DNA of 64,000 bases. Origin: a virus. The DNA is taken from the IMG/VR virus record IMGVR_UViG_3300028029_000002, positions 1 to 64,000 of that record; one strand, given 5' to 3'. How positions within the stretch are numbered: position 1 is the stretch's first letter; the number at the start of each line of letters is the position of its first letter. This document shows, in pieces, positions 28,084 through 37,117 of the stretch. A program made the position numbers and the translations under genes. Below the pieces are notes generated by a model. The model made no database searches and had not been told where the DNA came from. It worked only from the letters and a program-made list of their open reading frames with translations.

Positions 28084-29503
28084 CGTTCTCTTTACCTCCT
28101 TGTATAATTTGTTCTTCGGCCCGGATTATTTCTTGTTCTTCAATGGGATCAGGGATGTCACCGAATTGTTGCATTGCTCTCAGCTGACTTATCAAACCGG
28201 CTGATCGTCGTTGCACCATTTCATTTAGCAACTCCAACCTGTCTTGCGGTAACATGTCGGGCCATGTTTGGCTTATGCTGGTATCGTTGCCGTTAGACGA
28301 AGCGATACCTAAGGCATGTAAACCCAATATTGTGATGCGGGCTAATTCGTTTAACCCACGTTCGGCGTACGTGCGCTCCACTGTACTGTGCGCAACAAGG
28401 GGCCAGAATCGGGATCGTAATGTCATACTGCTACGCTGTGACCCTTCGTCTACACCCAATGCTACTAGGGGGATGCGGCTGAGATACAAAATCATATCCC
28501 ACATCCAATCAGCGAACGCCGCCCCGTCCTTGATCGTGCTACCGGAACTCATAGTCTCGATATGCGGAGCACGGCGACTATCAAGGTTTTCTCCAAGCGC
28601 GTACACTTTGCGTCGTCCGAAATATATTTGTTCGGGGGCCGCTACGTTATATCCCCATGCCTCAAACGTGGCTCCGTCGCGCACGCTGTCACTTACATCT
28701 GCGACTCTGGCATTGAACTCTTTAATGAGGGCATCTATTCCCAGCAATTGGCTCTGTCCCCACTCGGAGGATTTGCGGAGATGAGGAATATACACGGCAG
28801 GCGCGACACCAAAAATATTTTCGCCCTTCATCTTGTTTCCGTCGCTGTAGTACGCCGTTCGGTTGTTGATCCGCACCTCATATCGCCGGGGATTCCAATA
28901 CTCCGTATAGTACGGAACTTCATGATCCGGGATCGTAACCCCGTAAATCCAGCGTGCTTCTGAATGTGTAATACGTCGGTGAATGAAGAATTCGATCACG
29001 TTGTTTCGGGAGTCGAGGATTGGGTAGAATTCCATTGGGGGGATAGGCTCGTACATAATCGGTATTCCGCCACGTCCCTTTTGAATCCGTGCCATAAGCC
29101 CATATCCACCGTATACATTCGTGTTGTAGAATAAAGTCCACATCAGGGACGGGTCACTATTCCGCCATGCCTCGGCAATGTACTCAGTGAATTTGATTGC
29201 GCGTTTCTGCGCACGCTTAGTCGCCCCGGTAAATAGTGTGATGGGCGGCATGTTTCCGCCGTCCCCAACCACCATAGTCGCGTGCGTCTCGCACACAAAG
29301 TCATACAGGTCGATCTCTAGCGGGTAGAGCGGGTCTCGTGTACGCGGGTCTTTCGCCTTCAACGCCATGCCACTGATAAGCATTTGCGCCTTCGCGTACT
29401 GTAATTGTGCTACTCCCCATCTCTCCGTAGGCCACGGGCCAGCAAAGCCGAAGTCATTCGGGTTGAACGCGCTGAGCGGCGAACTTGAAAAATCAGAAGG
29501 CAT
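28046..29503 (-). CDS. portal protein candidate (485 aa)
   Basis: RBS AGGAG. First large gene after terL. Call rests on size and order. Confidence 0.55.
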   Translation of the reverse strand: MPSDFSSSPLSAFNPNDFGFAGPWPTERWGVAQLQYAKAQMLISGMALKAKDPRTRDPLYPLEIDLYDFVCETHATMVVGDGGNMPPITLFTGATKRAQKRAIKFTEYIAEAWRNSDPSLMWTLFYNTNVYGGYGLMARIQKGRGGIPIMYEPIPPMEFYPILDSRNNVIEFFIHRRITHSEARWIYGVTIPDHEVPYYTEYWNPRRYEVRINNRTAYYSDGNKMKGENIFGVAPAVYIPHLRKSSEWGQSQLLGIDALIKEFNARVADVSDSVRDGATFEAWGYNVAAPEQIYFGRRKVYALGENLDSRRAPHIETMSSGSTIKDGAAFADWMWDMILYLSRIPLVALGVDEGSQRSSMTLRSRFWPLVAHSTVERTYAERGLNELARITILGLHALGIASSNGNDTSISQTWPDMLPQDRLELLNEMVQRRSAGLISQLRAMQQFGDIPDPIEEQEIIRAEEQIIQGGKENDGKADQDNGNAE

Positions 29504-29517
29504 GTATTCTCCTAGTA

Positions 29518-29559
29518 AACGAAAAGCGGGCCGTGTGGTTATTGGCTCACACGGCCCGC
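29518..29559 (-). terminator. intrinsic terminator-like hairpin upstream of portal
   Basis: Minus strand reads GCGGGCCGTGTG-agccaataac-CACACGGCCCGC followed by TTTTCGTTT. Confidence 0.55.
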
Positions 29560-29575
29560 TGAAAATGCGTAACGA

Positions 29576-29866
29576 TTACTGATTAAATCTAGTGATGGGA
29601 ACTGACAGTCCGATAATTATGCTCGGAACTGAATTCGCAGTTTCAAGTCGTATCCCTGCGATACTTCCAACGACATATTCCCTTCCATCACTGCGATTTT
29701 TTAGATAGACGGTATTTGATTTGAAATCAAGCCTCAATAAGGGCTGGTCTCTCTGTTGCGCTGAACCATCCGCCCGCTTTACTCCACGAGGGATGACGAC
29801 CAAACCGTCCCTTTTCATCGCTAAGTGAATAATAGCAGGTTGTTTGTTGTTTGTCAAGTTTTTCAT
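29576..29866 (-). CDS. hypothetical protein (96 aa)
   Basis: ORF overlapping the terL stop. Confidence 0.5.
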   Translation of the reverse strand: MKNLTNNKQPAIIHLAMKRDGLVVIPRGVKRADGSAQQRDQPLLRLDFKSNTVYLKNRSDGREYVVGSIAGIRLETANSVPSIIIGLSVPITRFNQ

Positions 29867-31620
29867 CTTTCGTGCCCTCTGGTACGAGTCGCGTCATGAC
29901 TGCCGTGTCTCTGAGTAAGTATGTATTGCTGAACGGCGTCTTCAACTTGTTGCTTGGCAAATGCACGGAGAGAATCCGACGATGTGGCCGCTCTACGCCA
30001 ATCCGCAAACACCATCATCATAGATATGAGGTCTTGCGGGAGGCTCTTGTTTGAATCGCTCCAAGTGTAACTCCGCATCTGACGCCGGAAGTACGAGTAA
30101 TTAGGAACTCGAATCAGGCCAGATGTTGCGTCTTCTCTGAGCATAACTTGTATGGAGCGTTTTATATTTGCTGGGTACGCACAACCTAATAAGCGCGTGG
30201 ACACATCAGCTAACTCAGTGCGACCGAGTATCAAGTATTGCGGCCCAGTCGTGTCAATGCTGGCTGTACAAGCATATAAGTCAATCCATTCTCTTATTTT
30301 GTATAGGTAGTGTGTGGGATCGCCCTCTATAATCGCACCCCAGTATAGCCCGACTAGATAAGTGCTGTTCAAATCTGTAACATCCCACACCCCAATCGTC
30401 GGCGCGTTTCTGCGCGGGGCGAACGAGACGCCTGGATCAACTGAGATGGTGTAACGATGCCCGGACATAGGCGGAATGAAGAACTCAAAATTCCCGCTTC
30501 CTTGAGAGCCATACAGACTGCGGACGACATATTCAGTTATGTCGTACCCGCTATCTACGGTGCGCTCAATTGTAGCTTTCGAGAACACTTCCCCGCCACC
30601 AATTGAGTCCTGACTACCGCTCAGAATTGCCTCGGCATCCTCTATATCTCCATGCTGAGCAACGACGGCGGCTATCACTCGATCTCGCACGATGGCTCCC
30701 TGTGTTTGCGTGATTGCCTTGTTTGAGTCAGTGGACACTTCCATGACCTTGAATCCGGGAGCGGTTGCAGTGTAATTGACAAATTCATCCCAGGCAATAT
30801 TGTTCGGGTTTGGATTTGAAATGAGGAGCATCATTGTGATGCGTTCGCCGTTGGGATATGTAATGCCACGCGGTGTGCCATCAGAGCGCGTCCCGCGCAT
30901 ACGAGTGCCCAATACCTGGAAGTTTACAGGGAAACGTTCATCAATACCGGCCTCATCGTATGCGCCTGCGTCGCCCTCTTTCCCTAAATTCTTTGTGCCA
31001 GCGCGTGCGCCACCGGCAAATGCACTCGTGGTGAATAGTTGTGTAGATGATCCGTTCTTGAATTTGATGACCAGGGGTTTGTTCGCGGTCTTGGCAGATA
31101 TGTCAGTTTCCAGAAATACTTGGCTGAACCGTGTCCCGTGAAAGTGTTTCACGGCCTCTCTCAATACCGCGCTGTTCTGCTCTGATGTCGGGGCGGGACA
31201 CAGGCCGATGAATCCGGGGTTCAATGCACCCCACATCATATTCGCGGTCGCCAGCAAAAGACTCTTGCCACACCCCGGCCCGCCGAGTATGGTGATGGTG
31301 TGGGCCGGGTTCCCGTACATATCCTCCATGTTTCCCATTATGACATTCACTTGCCACGGGAACAGTTGCAGTCCACGCCGTATCCAATATCCCCCTGAGT
31401 GCTTTTTGGGATACCGGCATGTGCCAGACCCACATTGGCAAATCCGACAGTACTGTTGATCTTCCCCGCCTCGCAATGTCCAATATCCCAAAAATATATT
31501 CGGGTCATCGGCCTCATTTGCGCGGATACACACCTCAAACTCGTGCGCGGAAATGACTTCGCGGGCCAGCAGTTCTTCGAGATGGTGAATTCCGCTTTTG
31601 CTGATCAATCTGTTTGCCAT
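29863..31620 (-). CDS. terL: terminase large subunit (585 aa)
   Basis: Walker A ILGGPGCGKS. Size and position at the head of the packaging/head module. Cys-rich insert CRICQCGSGTCRYP near the N-terminus. Confidence 0.8.
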   Translation of the reverse strand: MANRLISKSGIHHLEELLAREVISAHEFEVCIRANEADDPNIFLGYWTLRGGEDQQYCRICQCGSGTCRYPKKHSGGYWIRRGLQLFPWQVNVIMGNMEDMYGNPAHTITILGGPGCGKSLLLATANMMWGALNPGFIGLCPAPTSEQNSAVLREAVKHFHGTRFSQVFLETDISAKTANKPLVIKFKNGSSTQLFTTSAFAGGARAGTKNLGKEGDAGAYDEAGIDERFPVNFQVLGTRMRGTRSDGTPRGITYPNGERITMMLLISNPNPNNIAWDEFVNYTATAPGFKVMEVSTDSNKAITQTQGAIVRDRVIAAVVAQHGDIEDAEAILSGSQDSIGGGEVFSKATIERTVDSGYDITEYVVRSLYGSQGSGNFEFFIPPMSGHRYTISVDPGVSFAPRRNAPTIGVWDVTDLNSTYLVGLYWGAIIEGDPTHYLYKIREWIDLYACTASIDTTGPQYLILGRTELADVSTRLLGCAYPANIKRSIQVMLREDATSGLIRVPNYSYFRRQMRSYTWSDSNKSLPQDLISMMMVFADWRRAATSSDSLRAFAKQQVEDAVQQYILTQRHGSHDATRTRGHER

Positions 31621-31626
31621 GCTGAC

Positions 31627-31655
31627 ATTGTATCACAAGTTACGGTGACTGGCAA
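31627..31655 (-). promoter_or_regulatory. sigma70-like promoter (-35 TTGCCA, 17 nt spacer, TG-extended -10 TACAAT) abutting the terL ATG
   Basis: Minus strand reads TTGCCAgtcaccgtaacttgTGaTACAATgtcagcATG. Only 6 nt separate the -10 from the start codon, and no SD is present. Confidence 0.5.
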
Positions 31656-31685
31656 AGAAATACCCCCTGGTGTGCCACCAGGGGG
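31654..31685 (-). terminator. intrinsic terminator after the early leftward operon
   Basis: Minus strand reads CCCCCTGGTG-gca-CACCAGGGGG followed by TATTTCTTT. Confidence 0.7.
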
Positions 31686-31702
31686 TCACTCAGGAGGAGC
31701 GT

Positions 31703-32386
31703 CTACGCAAGAACTCGCGCCAATGGATGCTCTTGCGGTAAGACCCAATAGCTACCTTTGCGTTTAAGCTCAAAGGCCCCGAACGCTGTGCCGACTGTAA
31801 TATCATGTTCGCGCAGAGCTTTCCGGCTGTGCGACCCGTTATAATAATGGAGCGTACCTACGTTTGCTAGGCGTTCGATCTCGTTCCACTTCGCAATCCA
31901 ATGAGATAGCGGGATTAGATAGGCATGTCGTTTATCTCTTGCGGCACGAGTGGAAAAACTTTGCGGGGGTGTGTCGTCTTCATAGCCCCACAGGAAAATC
32001 CAATAAGCAGCCCCCCAAGTCGTCTTTTCAGCCCACTGTAGTTGATTCTCCCGCAGAGTTTTTCGCTTTAAGGCCCCATAGAAGCCTTTTACTTCCACAG
32101 CGAGGGCTACAGGGATTCCGCCCTTCGCTGGGAGGCAGACGAATAGGTCGGGCTTGCCAGATTCTTGCAGATGTCGGCTAAACAGAGATGAGAGCCGACG
32201 TGTTATTTCCGCCACGGCCCCTCTAATATGCGGATTTGACTGCCCGACACCTTGCAATGTATTCCGAACGTCGTTGACGATAGCGACTATATTAGTCGTC
32301 GGCGACACTGTAAATCCTTCGGCCCAAGAGTTAATAGATCGAGTCGCTTCTGATCTTGCGTATTTTACTTCTGCTCCGACATTCAC
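31703..32386 (-). CDS. VRR-NUC / PD-(D/E)xK-like nuclease (227 aa)
   Basis: Motif GKPDLFVCL...VALAVEVKG...LRENQLQW matches the VRR-NUC pattern (PD...ExK...Q..W). Confidence 0.55.
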   Translation of the reverse strand: MNVGAEVKYARSEATRSINSWAEGFTVSPTTNIVAIVNDVRNTLQGVGQSNPHIRGAVAEITRRLSSLFSRHLQESGKPDLFVCLPAKGGIPVALAVEVKGFYGALKRKTLRENQLQWAEKTTWGAAYWIFLWGYEDDTPPQSFSTRAARDKRHAYLIPLSHWIAKWNEIERLANVGTLHYYNGSHSRKALREHDITVGTAFGAFELKRKGSYWVLPQEHPLARVLA

Positions 32387-32772
32387 TGTTTCATCTCTCC
32401 TAGCAATCGTTTAAAATTGCGGTTGAAGTGGGCCGCGTTGACATTGGCGGCTTTTACTGCGGCGGTGGCAATAGCTGGGGCATAGAGGAATTTCCGCTCA
32501 ATCTGCAACAAGACAACAACGATTCCGCTTAGCATGTCGGCTGGCCCCGCGTAACTGCCGACTGGCATACCCGGCTCGAAGTATTCCAGGGACGCTAGAC
32601 AAATCCCACTTATCTTGACGGCCAGATCGTCGTAGCTCCCGCCGCTTTTCATGTATTCCGTCATCATTTCCAACGCGGTGATGGCGACTCTCTGCGGTTT
32701 TATTCCAGGAAGTTCTTTTCGGGCGAGTGCATGCGCGGCCTTAAAATCAATTACGACTTTCCTCTTTCTCAT
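32383..32772 (-). CDS. hypothetical protein (129 aa)
   Basis: ORF with overlapping stop/start codons inside the operon. Confidence 0.55.
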   Translation of the reverse strand: MRKRKVVIDFKAAHALARKELPGIKPQRVAITALEMMTEYMKSGGSYDDLAVKISGICLASLEYFEPGMPVGSYAGPADMLSGIVVVLLQIERKFLYAPAIATAAVKAANVNAAHFNRNFKRLLGEMKQ

Positions 32773-33104
32773 TTCTGGCTTTCCTCATTCGCCCAGGCAA
32801 ACAACCGGGCATTAGCTATCACGAGGGCGCGGAGCACACCGGCTTTCGACTTCTTTGTGATGGCGGCGAGCCTCGCTAGTTTTTGCACAACTGGTTTCGG
32901 GCTGTGCCCGCCATTGAACTGATACTCCCCCGCCTTTCCGACCGTTTTCCCCACGGCCTTCTTGACATGTTCCGGTGTAGCCATCATGACCAATATGCGT
33001 AAAAGCGAAGCTACCGGGACTCCCAGTAGCTTCGCCTGGCGTTTCATCTCTGTGTATTCTTCAATGGTGCATGTTCCACCAATATATCTCGTAACTTTCC
33101 TCAT
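32769..33104 (-). CDS. putative tandem ribbon-helix-helix DNA-binding protein (111 aa)
   Basis: RBS AAGGAG. Two RHH-like segments: CTIEEYTEMKRQAKLLGVPVASLLRILV and VVQKLARLAAITKKSKAGVLRALVIANA. Confidence 0.4.
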   Translation of the reverse strand: MRKVTRYIGGTCTIEEYTEMKRQAKLLGVPVASLLRILVMMATPEHVKKAVGKTVGKAGEYQFNGGHSPKPVVQKLARLAAITKKSKAGVLRALVIANARLFAWANEESQK

Positions 33105-33113
33105 CCAATCTCC

Positions 33114-33311
33114 TTATTTGATACCGTGCATACTAAACCATTCGCCGTTAAGCCCTTCGGCTGAGCACACACCGTTCCGAACCTCAAAATGTGTATTCGG
33201 GAATACTTCACGGTACTGATCGCACATCCGATGCTCTCCGTGAAGTACTCCCGCCGCTAACCCGGCAATCAATAGGGCGCATGTTAGTATTAGCAGGGCG
33301 ATAACCTTCAT
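33114..33311 (-). CDS. small secreted/membrane protein (65 aa)
   Basis: N-terminal hydrophobic segment MKVIALLILTCALLIAGLAAGVL. Confidence 0.55.
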   Translation of the reverse strand: MKVIALLILTCALLIAGLAAGVLHGEHRMCDQYREVFPNTHFEVRNGVCSAEGLNGEWFSMHGIK

Positions 33312-33523
33312 GTGTTGTGTCCTTGAAAATAAAAGCCGATTGACCCCCAGGGGATTATTATACCCAATAATCCGAGTATAATTCCGCGCATGACATGCTT
33401 CGACATTTTAAGCGATACAGAGATGATGTTAGACATTGCATAGGTCTTTTGGCCCAACACAACCCGTGCGCTTGTTACATGAACACTACCATCCTGGTAA
33501 TATGTCTTTTCATCCTGTGCCAT
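33308..33523 (-). CDS. small membrane protein (71 aa)
   Basis: C-terminal TM-like segment GIILGLLGIIIPWGSIGFYF. Confidence 0.55.
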   Translation of the reverse strand: MAQDEKTYYQDGSVHVTSARVVLGQKTYAMSNIISVSLKMSKHVMRGIILGLLGIIIPWGSIGFYFQGHNT

Positions 33524-33792
33524 TATCCTTTTCTCCCTTGTTGTAGTTCCACAATTTCAATGTCTTCGACGACCACGCCGAACTTTCGCGGGGTAGTGGG
33601 TACATCTATCTTTGCCCCAAAGTCTGACATTGCCGAGTTAACAGCCACCATGTATGTCGTTATCGGATCTCCAATGAGGTCTGTGATTTCCCCATCGTCG
33701 AACAGATGCTTGCATAGTATGTGCGTCGCTTTGGTGCTTTTGCCGTCCGTATCGATCATCTCTGCCGTGTATGTGAATTTTAATCCATGCAT
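33523..33792 (-). CDS. hypothetical protein (89 aa)
   Basis: ORF packed within the operon. Confidence 0.55.
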   Translation of the reverse strand: MHGLKFTYTAEMIDTDGKSTKATHILCKHLFDDGEITDLIGDPITTYMVAVNSAMSDFGAKIDVPTTPRKFGVVVEDIEIVELQQGRKG

Positions 33793-33807
33793 GTTTGTGC
33801 CTCATCC

Positions 33808-34050
33808 CTATTCTACTACCTCTTTCTTAGTAGTCAACTTGTCTATGATGTACTGCCATCCGTTAGGCCCATGCGGGATTAAACAATTTGAGCAATCCTT
33901 TACGCCGTTTTCTAGGATTGTATAGTTTCCACCACAATCCATATTATAGAGGGGACAGAAGCAGAACAGGCAATTCACCTCATCTATCCCCTTATGGCAT
34001 GGATAGTATTGGCACTCTTTGTTGCTAAAGAACTTGAAAGACGATTTCAT
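33808..34050 (-). CDS. cysteine-rich small domain protein (80 aa)
   Basis: Pattern ECQYYPCH...NCLFCFCPLY...CGG...GVKDCSNCLIPH matches the 'cysteine-rich small domain' family (PF04071-like) as I recall it. Confidence 0.55.
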   Translation of the reverse strand: MKSSFKFFSNKECQYYPCHKGIDEVNCLFCFCPLYNMDCGGNYTILENGVKDCSNCLIPHGPNGWQYIIDKLTTKKEVVE

Positions 34051-35695
34051 CTTCTGGCACTTTTGAACATTCTTTGCAAGCGACTAGCGGCTCTTCTTCA
34101 CGGCTCTGGGCGCGATAGACAATGATGTTCTTGATCCCGTTTTCCCATGCGTAGCTCACGGCAAACTCAACGTCGGCTTCCGTCGCATCGTATGGCATGT
34201 TCACAGTCTTTGAGATGGACTCCGTGATGAACGCTTGGGCGGATGCCACAATAGACAGGTGTTCAACGATGTTCAACTCGTGGGCGGCTACAAATGCAGG
34301 ATAGCGCGTCAAGGCCGTTCCTTCAATCGCTTGGGAACCATCACCGAAGTTCCTGACATAGCCCGGAGCGAAAATCGGTTCGATGCCGTAACCTTCTGTA
34401 CTCATGGTCTGACTCCCGAATGAACTGGGAGCGGCTACGGTAAATCCGCAGTTACGGATACCATCGGGTAGGTGCCGCTCGACGATTTCCCAATCTAGGT
34501 ATGGACGATTAAAGTCGTAATGTTCCTTGTTCCACGGGCGCGGTTTCTCCCATTCTCCGTAAGCATATATGCTATCTTCAAACAACGGGAAAGCTCCACG
34601 TTCTACGGCTAACTTTTCGCTCTCAAGCATGGAATGATAGAGGATGAATTCGTACAATTGTCCTACTAAATCAACGCTCTCGTCACTGCCGTATTTGATT
34701 CCCATCAATACCAGCATGTCCGCAAAGCCGGTGATGCCATTCCCCATTCGGCGCGTTTGTTTGGCAATGCGGCTCATTTCAGGCACGCTCGGAATATAAT
34801 GATTGGCGTCAATCAAATCGTCCATTGCACGTGTGGCAATACGTACAGTTTTCGCAAGTTTATCCCAATTCACTTTGCCCTGTTTTACAAACTTCGTCAT
34901 GTTGATGTATCCGGGTTGGCATGATTCGCTGCTGAACAGGAAGAACTCAGAACACGGGTTCGTTCCTTGCAATGGGCCGTATCCGGGAATAGCATTGTGC
35001 CGGTTGGCGGTGTCGATGAACTGCACGCCAATCCCGCCGTTGACCCACATTGCATGGATCAGCGCGTTCCACACTACGGGATCTGGGTTTTCCATGAACG
35101 AATCCGTGACCAGGAGGTTCGTGTTGAATACGCTCAAGGAGTTCTCGTCAAGTTTCGCGTTGATAAAGCGCAAGAGTTCTTTCTGATCGGGGTAATCACT
35201 GTGCAGGGCCACATTATTCGCGCCCTGCAAGTATCCACCCTGCTGAACGGTTTTTAAGATCGGGACAAAGGATTTAATGAATTCCAATGGCCCTGTGGCT
35301 CTACCACCAGTACTTCGCACAATGTCGCCCGGAGGACGTAGATTTGATACGCCCCATCCGACGCCGCTACCGAGTTGCTGTGCTGACAGTGCTTTCTTGA
35401 GAGTGTTGACAATGGAATCGGCCCCGTCTATGAAGCTGTCTTCCATCTCGAAAAACGTACACGCCGATGTTAATCCCGTGCGTCCAGCTCCGAACCACGC
35501 CGGGCGATTAGGAACCCATTCCAGGTTGTGCATCACACGATGTAGGAACGGGTAAAATTTACCGGGATGATAATCGTAAGTGGCGATTGCCATTGCGACG
35601 CGCTCGAATGAGGTTTCAACTGATTCAATCACGTTGCCGTTGATGTCCCGACGAAGGTACTTCTGGAAAATCCTCTTTGCTTGCTCTGTTAACAT
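34025..35695 (-). CDS. nrdJ: ribonucleotide reductase, class II-like (556 aa)
   Basis: Active-site block GTNPCSEFFL...SCQPGYINM (the NPC-E thiyl Cys/Glu motif). C-terminal Cys pair ACKECS. RBS AAGGAG. Confidence 0.7.
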   Translation of the reverse strand: MLTEQAKRIFQKYLRRDINGNVIESVETSFERVAMAIATYDYHPGKFYPFLHRVMHNLEWVPNRPAWFGAGRTGLTSACTFFEMEDSFIDGADSIVNTLKKALSAQQLGSGVGWGVSNLRPPGDIVRSTGGRATGPLEFIKSFVPILKTVQQGGYLQGANNVALHSDYPDQKELLRFINAKLDENSLSVFNTNLLVTDSFMENPDPVVWNALIHAMWVNGGIGVQFIDTANRHNAIPGYGPLQGTNPCSEFFLFSSESCQPGYINMTKFVKQGKVNWDKLAKTVRIATRAMDDLIDANHYIPSVPEMSRIAKQTRRMGNGITGFADMLVLMGIKYGSDESVDLVGQLYEFILYHSMLESEKLAVERGAFPLFEDSIYAYGEWEKPRPWNKEHYDFNRPYLDWEIVERHLPDGIRNCGFTVAAPSSFGSQTMSTEGYGIEPIFAPGYVRNFGDGSQAIEGTALTRYPAFVAAHELNIVEHLSIVASAQAFITESISKTVNMPYDATEADVEFAVSYAWENGIKNIIVYRAQSREEEPLVACKECSKVPEDEIVFQVL

Positions 35696-35710
35696 TCACT
35701 GCTCCTTATA

Positions 35711-35747
35711 TAAAATAAACCGCACGAGTTTTCTGGACTCGTGCGGG
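35711..35747 (-). terminator. intrinsic terminator upstream of the RNR gene
   Basis: Minus strand reads CCGCACGAG-tccagaaaa-CTCGTGCGG followed by TTTATTTTAT. Confidence 0.65.
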
Positions 35748-35758
35748 TGTCAACTCGA

Positions 35759-36175
35759 TTATTGGTCTCGTAACACTGCGTACTCTCTATAACTACTTAT
35801 CGCGGCCCAAAATTCCGCCTCGATTTCCGTAGTGGCCGCGCCGTTACTGCGTAGCACAAACGCATTTCGTGTGTGCTGTAGCGAATCCATAAAATGAATA
35901 TTCGCATCCTCGACACACTTCCCCACTTTGAATTGCTTGGCTTCTTTGATTAGACTGTCCATATCGTTCAAAATGTCGAATATCGGAACTTCATGATAAT
36001 TGTATTCATCCATAATAAACGATACTTGCTCATACGCGAGTTCTGTCTGAGTATAATAATCATCTTTGTTGCACTGCCTCTCGGAATTACCTAAAGCAAG
36101 TACTGTAAGTCCGGCTGTCGCCACCATCATCACGATTACAGCAACTATTAACATTAACACTTTAGTGCTTTTCAT
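35759..36175 (-). CDS. membrane-anchored protein (138 aa)
   Basis: RBS AGGAG. N-terminal TM segment VLMLIVAVIVMMVATAGLTVLAL. Confidence 0.6.
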   Translation of the reverse strand: MKSTKVLMLIVAVIVMMVATAGLTVLALGNSERQCNKDDYYTQTELAYEQVSFIMDEYNYHEVPIFDILNDMDSLIKEAKQFKVGKCVEDANIHFMDSLQHTRNAFVLRSNGAATTEIEAEFWAAISSYREYAVLRDQ

Positions 36176-36681
36176 TTGTTTTCTCCTGCTATCTTACGGA
36201 TTAGTTGTAATACGGTATGAGCTTCTTCTAACCGTGTACATAGTCCCTCTCTCTTTGCAACTACAGCGAGGGAGTATTTCTTGAAATCCCGTGTGGTATA
36301 GTCCCACTTCGCGTTATATTCAGCGTACAGTTCGCTGATGTCAAAGCCGATATATGGATACACCCAGCGCAGTCCATTGTGTCTGGCCGTTTGCTTGAGT
36401 GCATTCATATTACAATCCAGATGATACGCGCAGACCATACGATTGGCTATATATTTGCGGAGGTTGTAATGCACGTCTTCGTAGTGGCGTTCTCCTCGTG
36501 CGCACGGAGCATCTCTAGCGGGCTGTACCGCTCCGTAGACTCCATAGGCATTTGTGTCGGCTTCGACCGTGCATATAAAGGTCACGTCGCCTTCATCGTT
36601 GGTTTTGAGGCTTAATACAACGGGGTTTCTACTTAAAATGTCACGCGCCAACTCTACGTCGGTCAGGTGATTAGTTCGCAT
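36172..36681 (-). CDS. hypothetical protein (169 aa; start refined from ORF 36172..36762)
   Basis: ATG 36681..36679 is preceded by GGAG and lies in the centre of palindrome copy 3. The upstream part of the track ORF overlaps 36671..37117. Confidence 0.5.
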   Translation of the reverse strand: MRTNHLTDVELARDILSRNPVVLSLKTNDEGDVTFICTVEADTNAYGVYGAVQPARDAPCARGERHYEDVHYNLRKYIANRMVCAYHLDCNMNALKQTARHNGLRWVYPYIGFDISELYAEYNAKWDYTTRDFKKYSLAVVAKREGLCTRLEEAHTVLQLIRKIAGENK

Positions 36682-37117
36682 GCAAACTCCTACTCCTTTG
36701 ATACTCTTCCATTTCCCGCAATAATGTTTCTGCGGCTGTGTAATTGAGGGCCGGGGAACCATTATATCCCACCGTGCGCAATTTGGCGATCTGTTCGCCT
36801 GTTGCTAGTTTGACTCTACAATCATCATACAGTACACACTTGCCATTTGCTGGGTATCTTGCTGTATGTCCGTCCGGCCACTCTGCCATACGCGGGCTAA
36901 TCTTTACAAGTACTTCAAGCAAATCTTCCATGTGCATCAATGTCCCTAATCTATCGGCCTCGATAAATTCGTCGCCAATTTTCAGGTTCTTGAATAGGAT
37001 CATTACTTGGTCGTACACTGTGTACTGGCAATGGTCACACGCTATCGCCCCAGCCGTTTGTTCCATTATGCCGTTCCTGCAACGTGGGCACTCGCACCCA
37101 GCTTCCAACACTTTCAT
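36671..37117 (-). CDS. zinc-ribbon protein (148 aa)
   Basis: CxxC pairs CECPRC...CDHC; RBS AGGAG. Confidence 0.6.
   Translation of the reverse strand: MKVLEAGCECPRCRNGIMEQTAGAIACDHCQYTVYDQVMILFKNLKIGDEFIEADRLGTLMHMEDLLEVLVKISPRMAEWPDGHTARYPANGKCVLYDDCRVKLATGEQIAKLRTVGYNGSPALNYTAAETLLREMEEYQRSRSLHAN
36672..36689. repeat. palindrome copy 3 (TAGTTCGCATGCAAACTC; 2 mismatches to TAGTTCGCATGCGAACTA)
   Basis: Read directly. On the minus strand it contains the stop codon of 36671..37117 and the start codon of 36172..36681. Confidence 0.85.
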
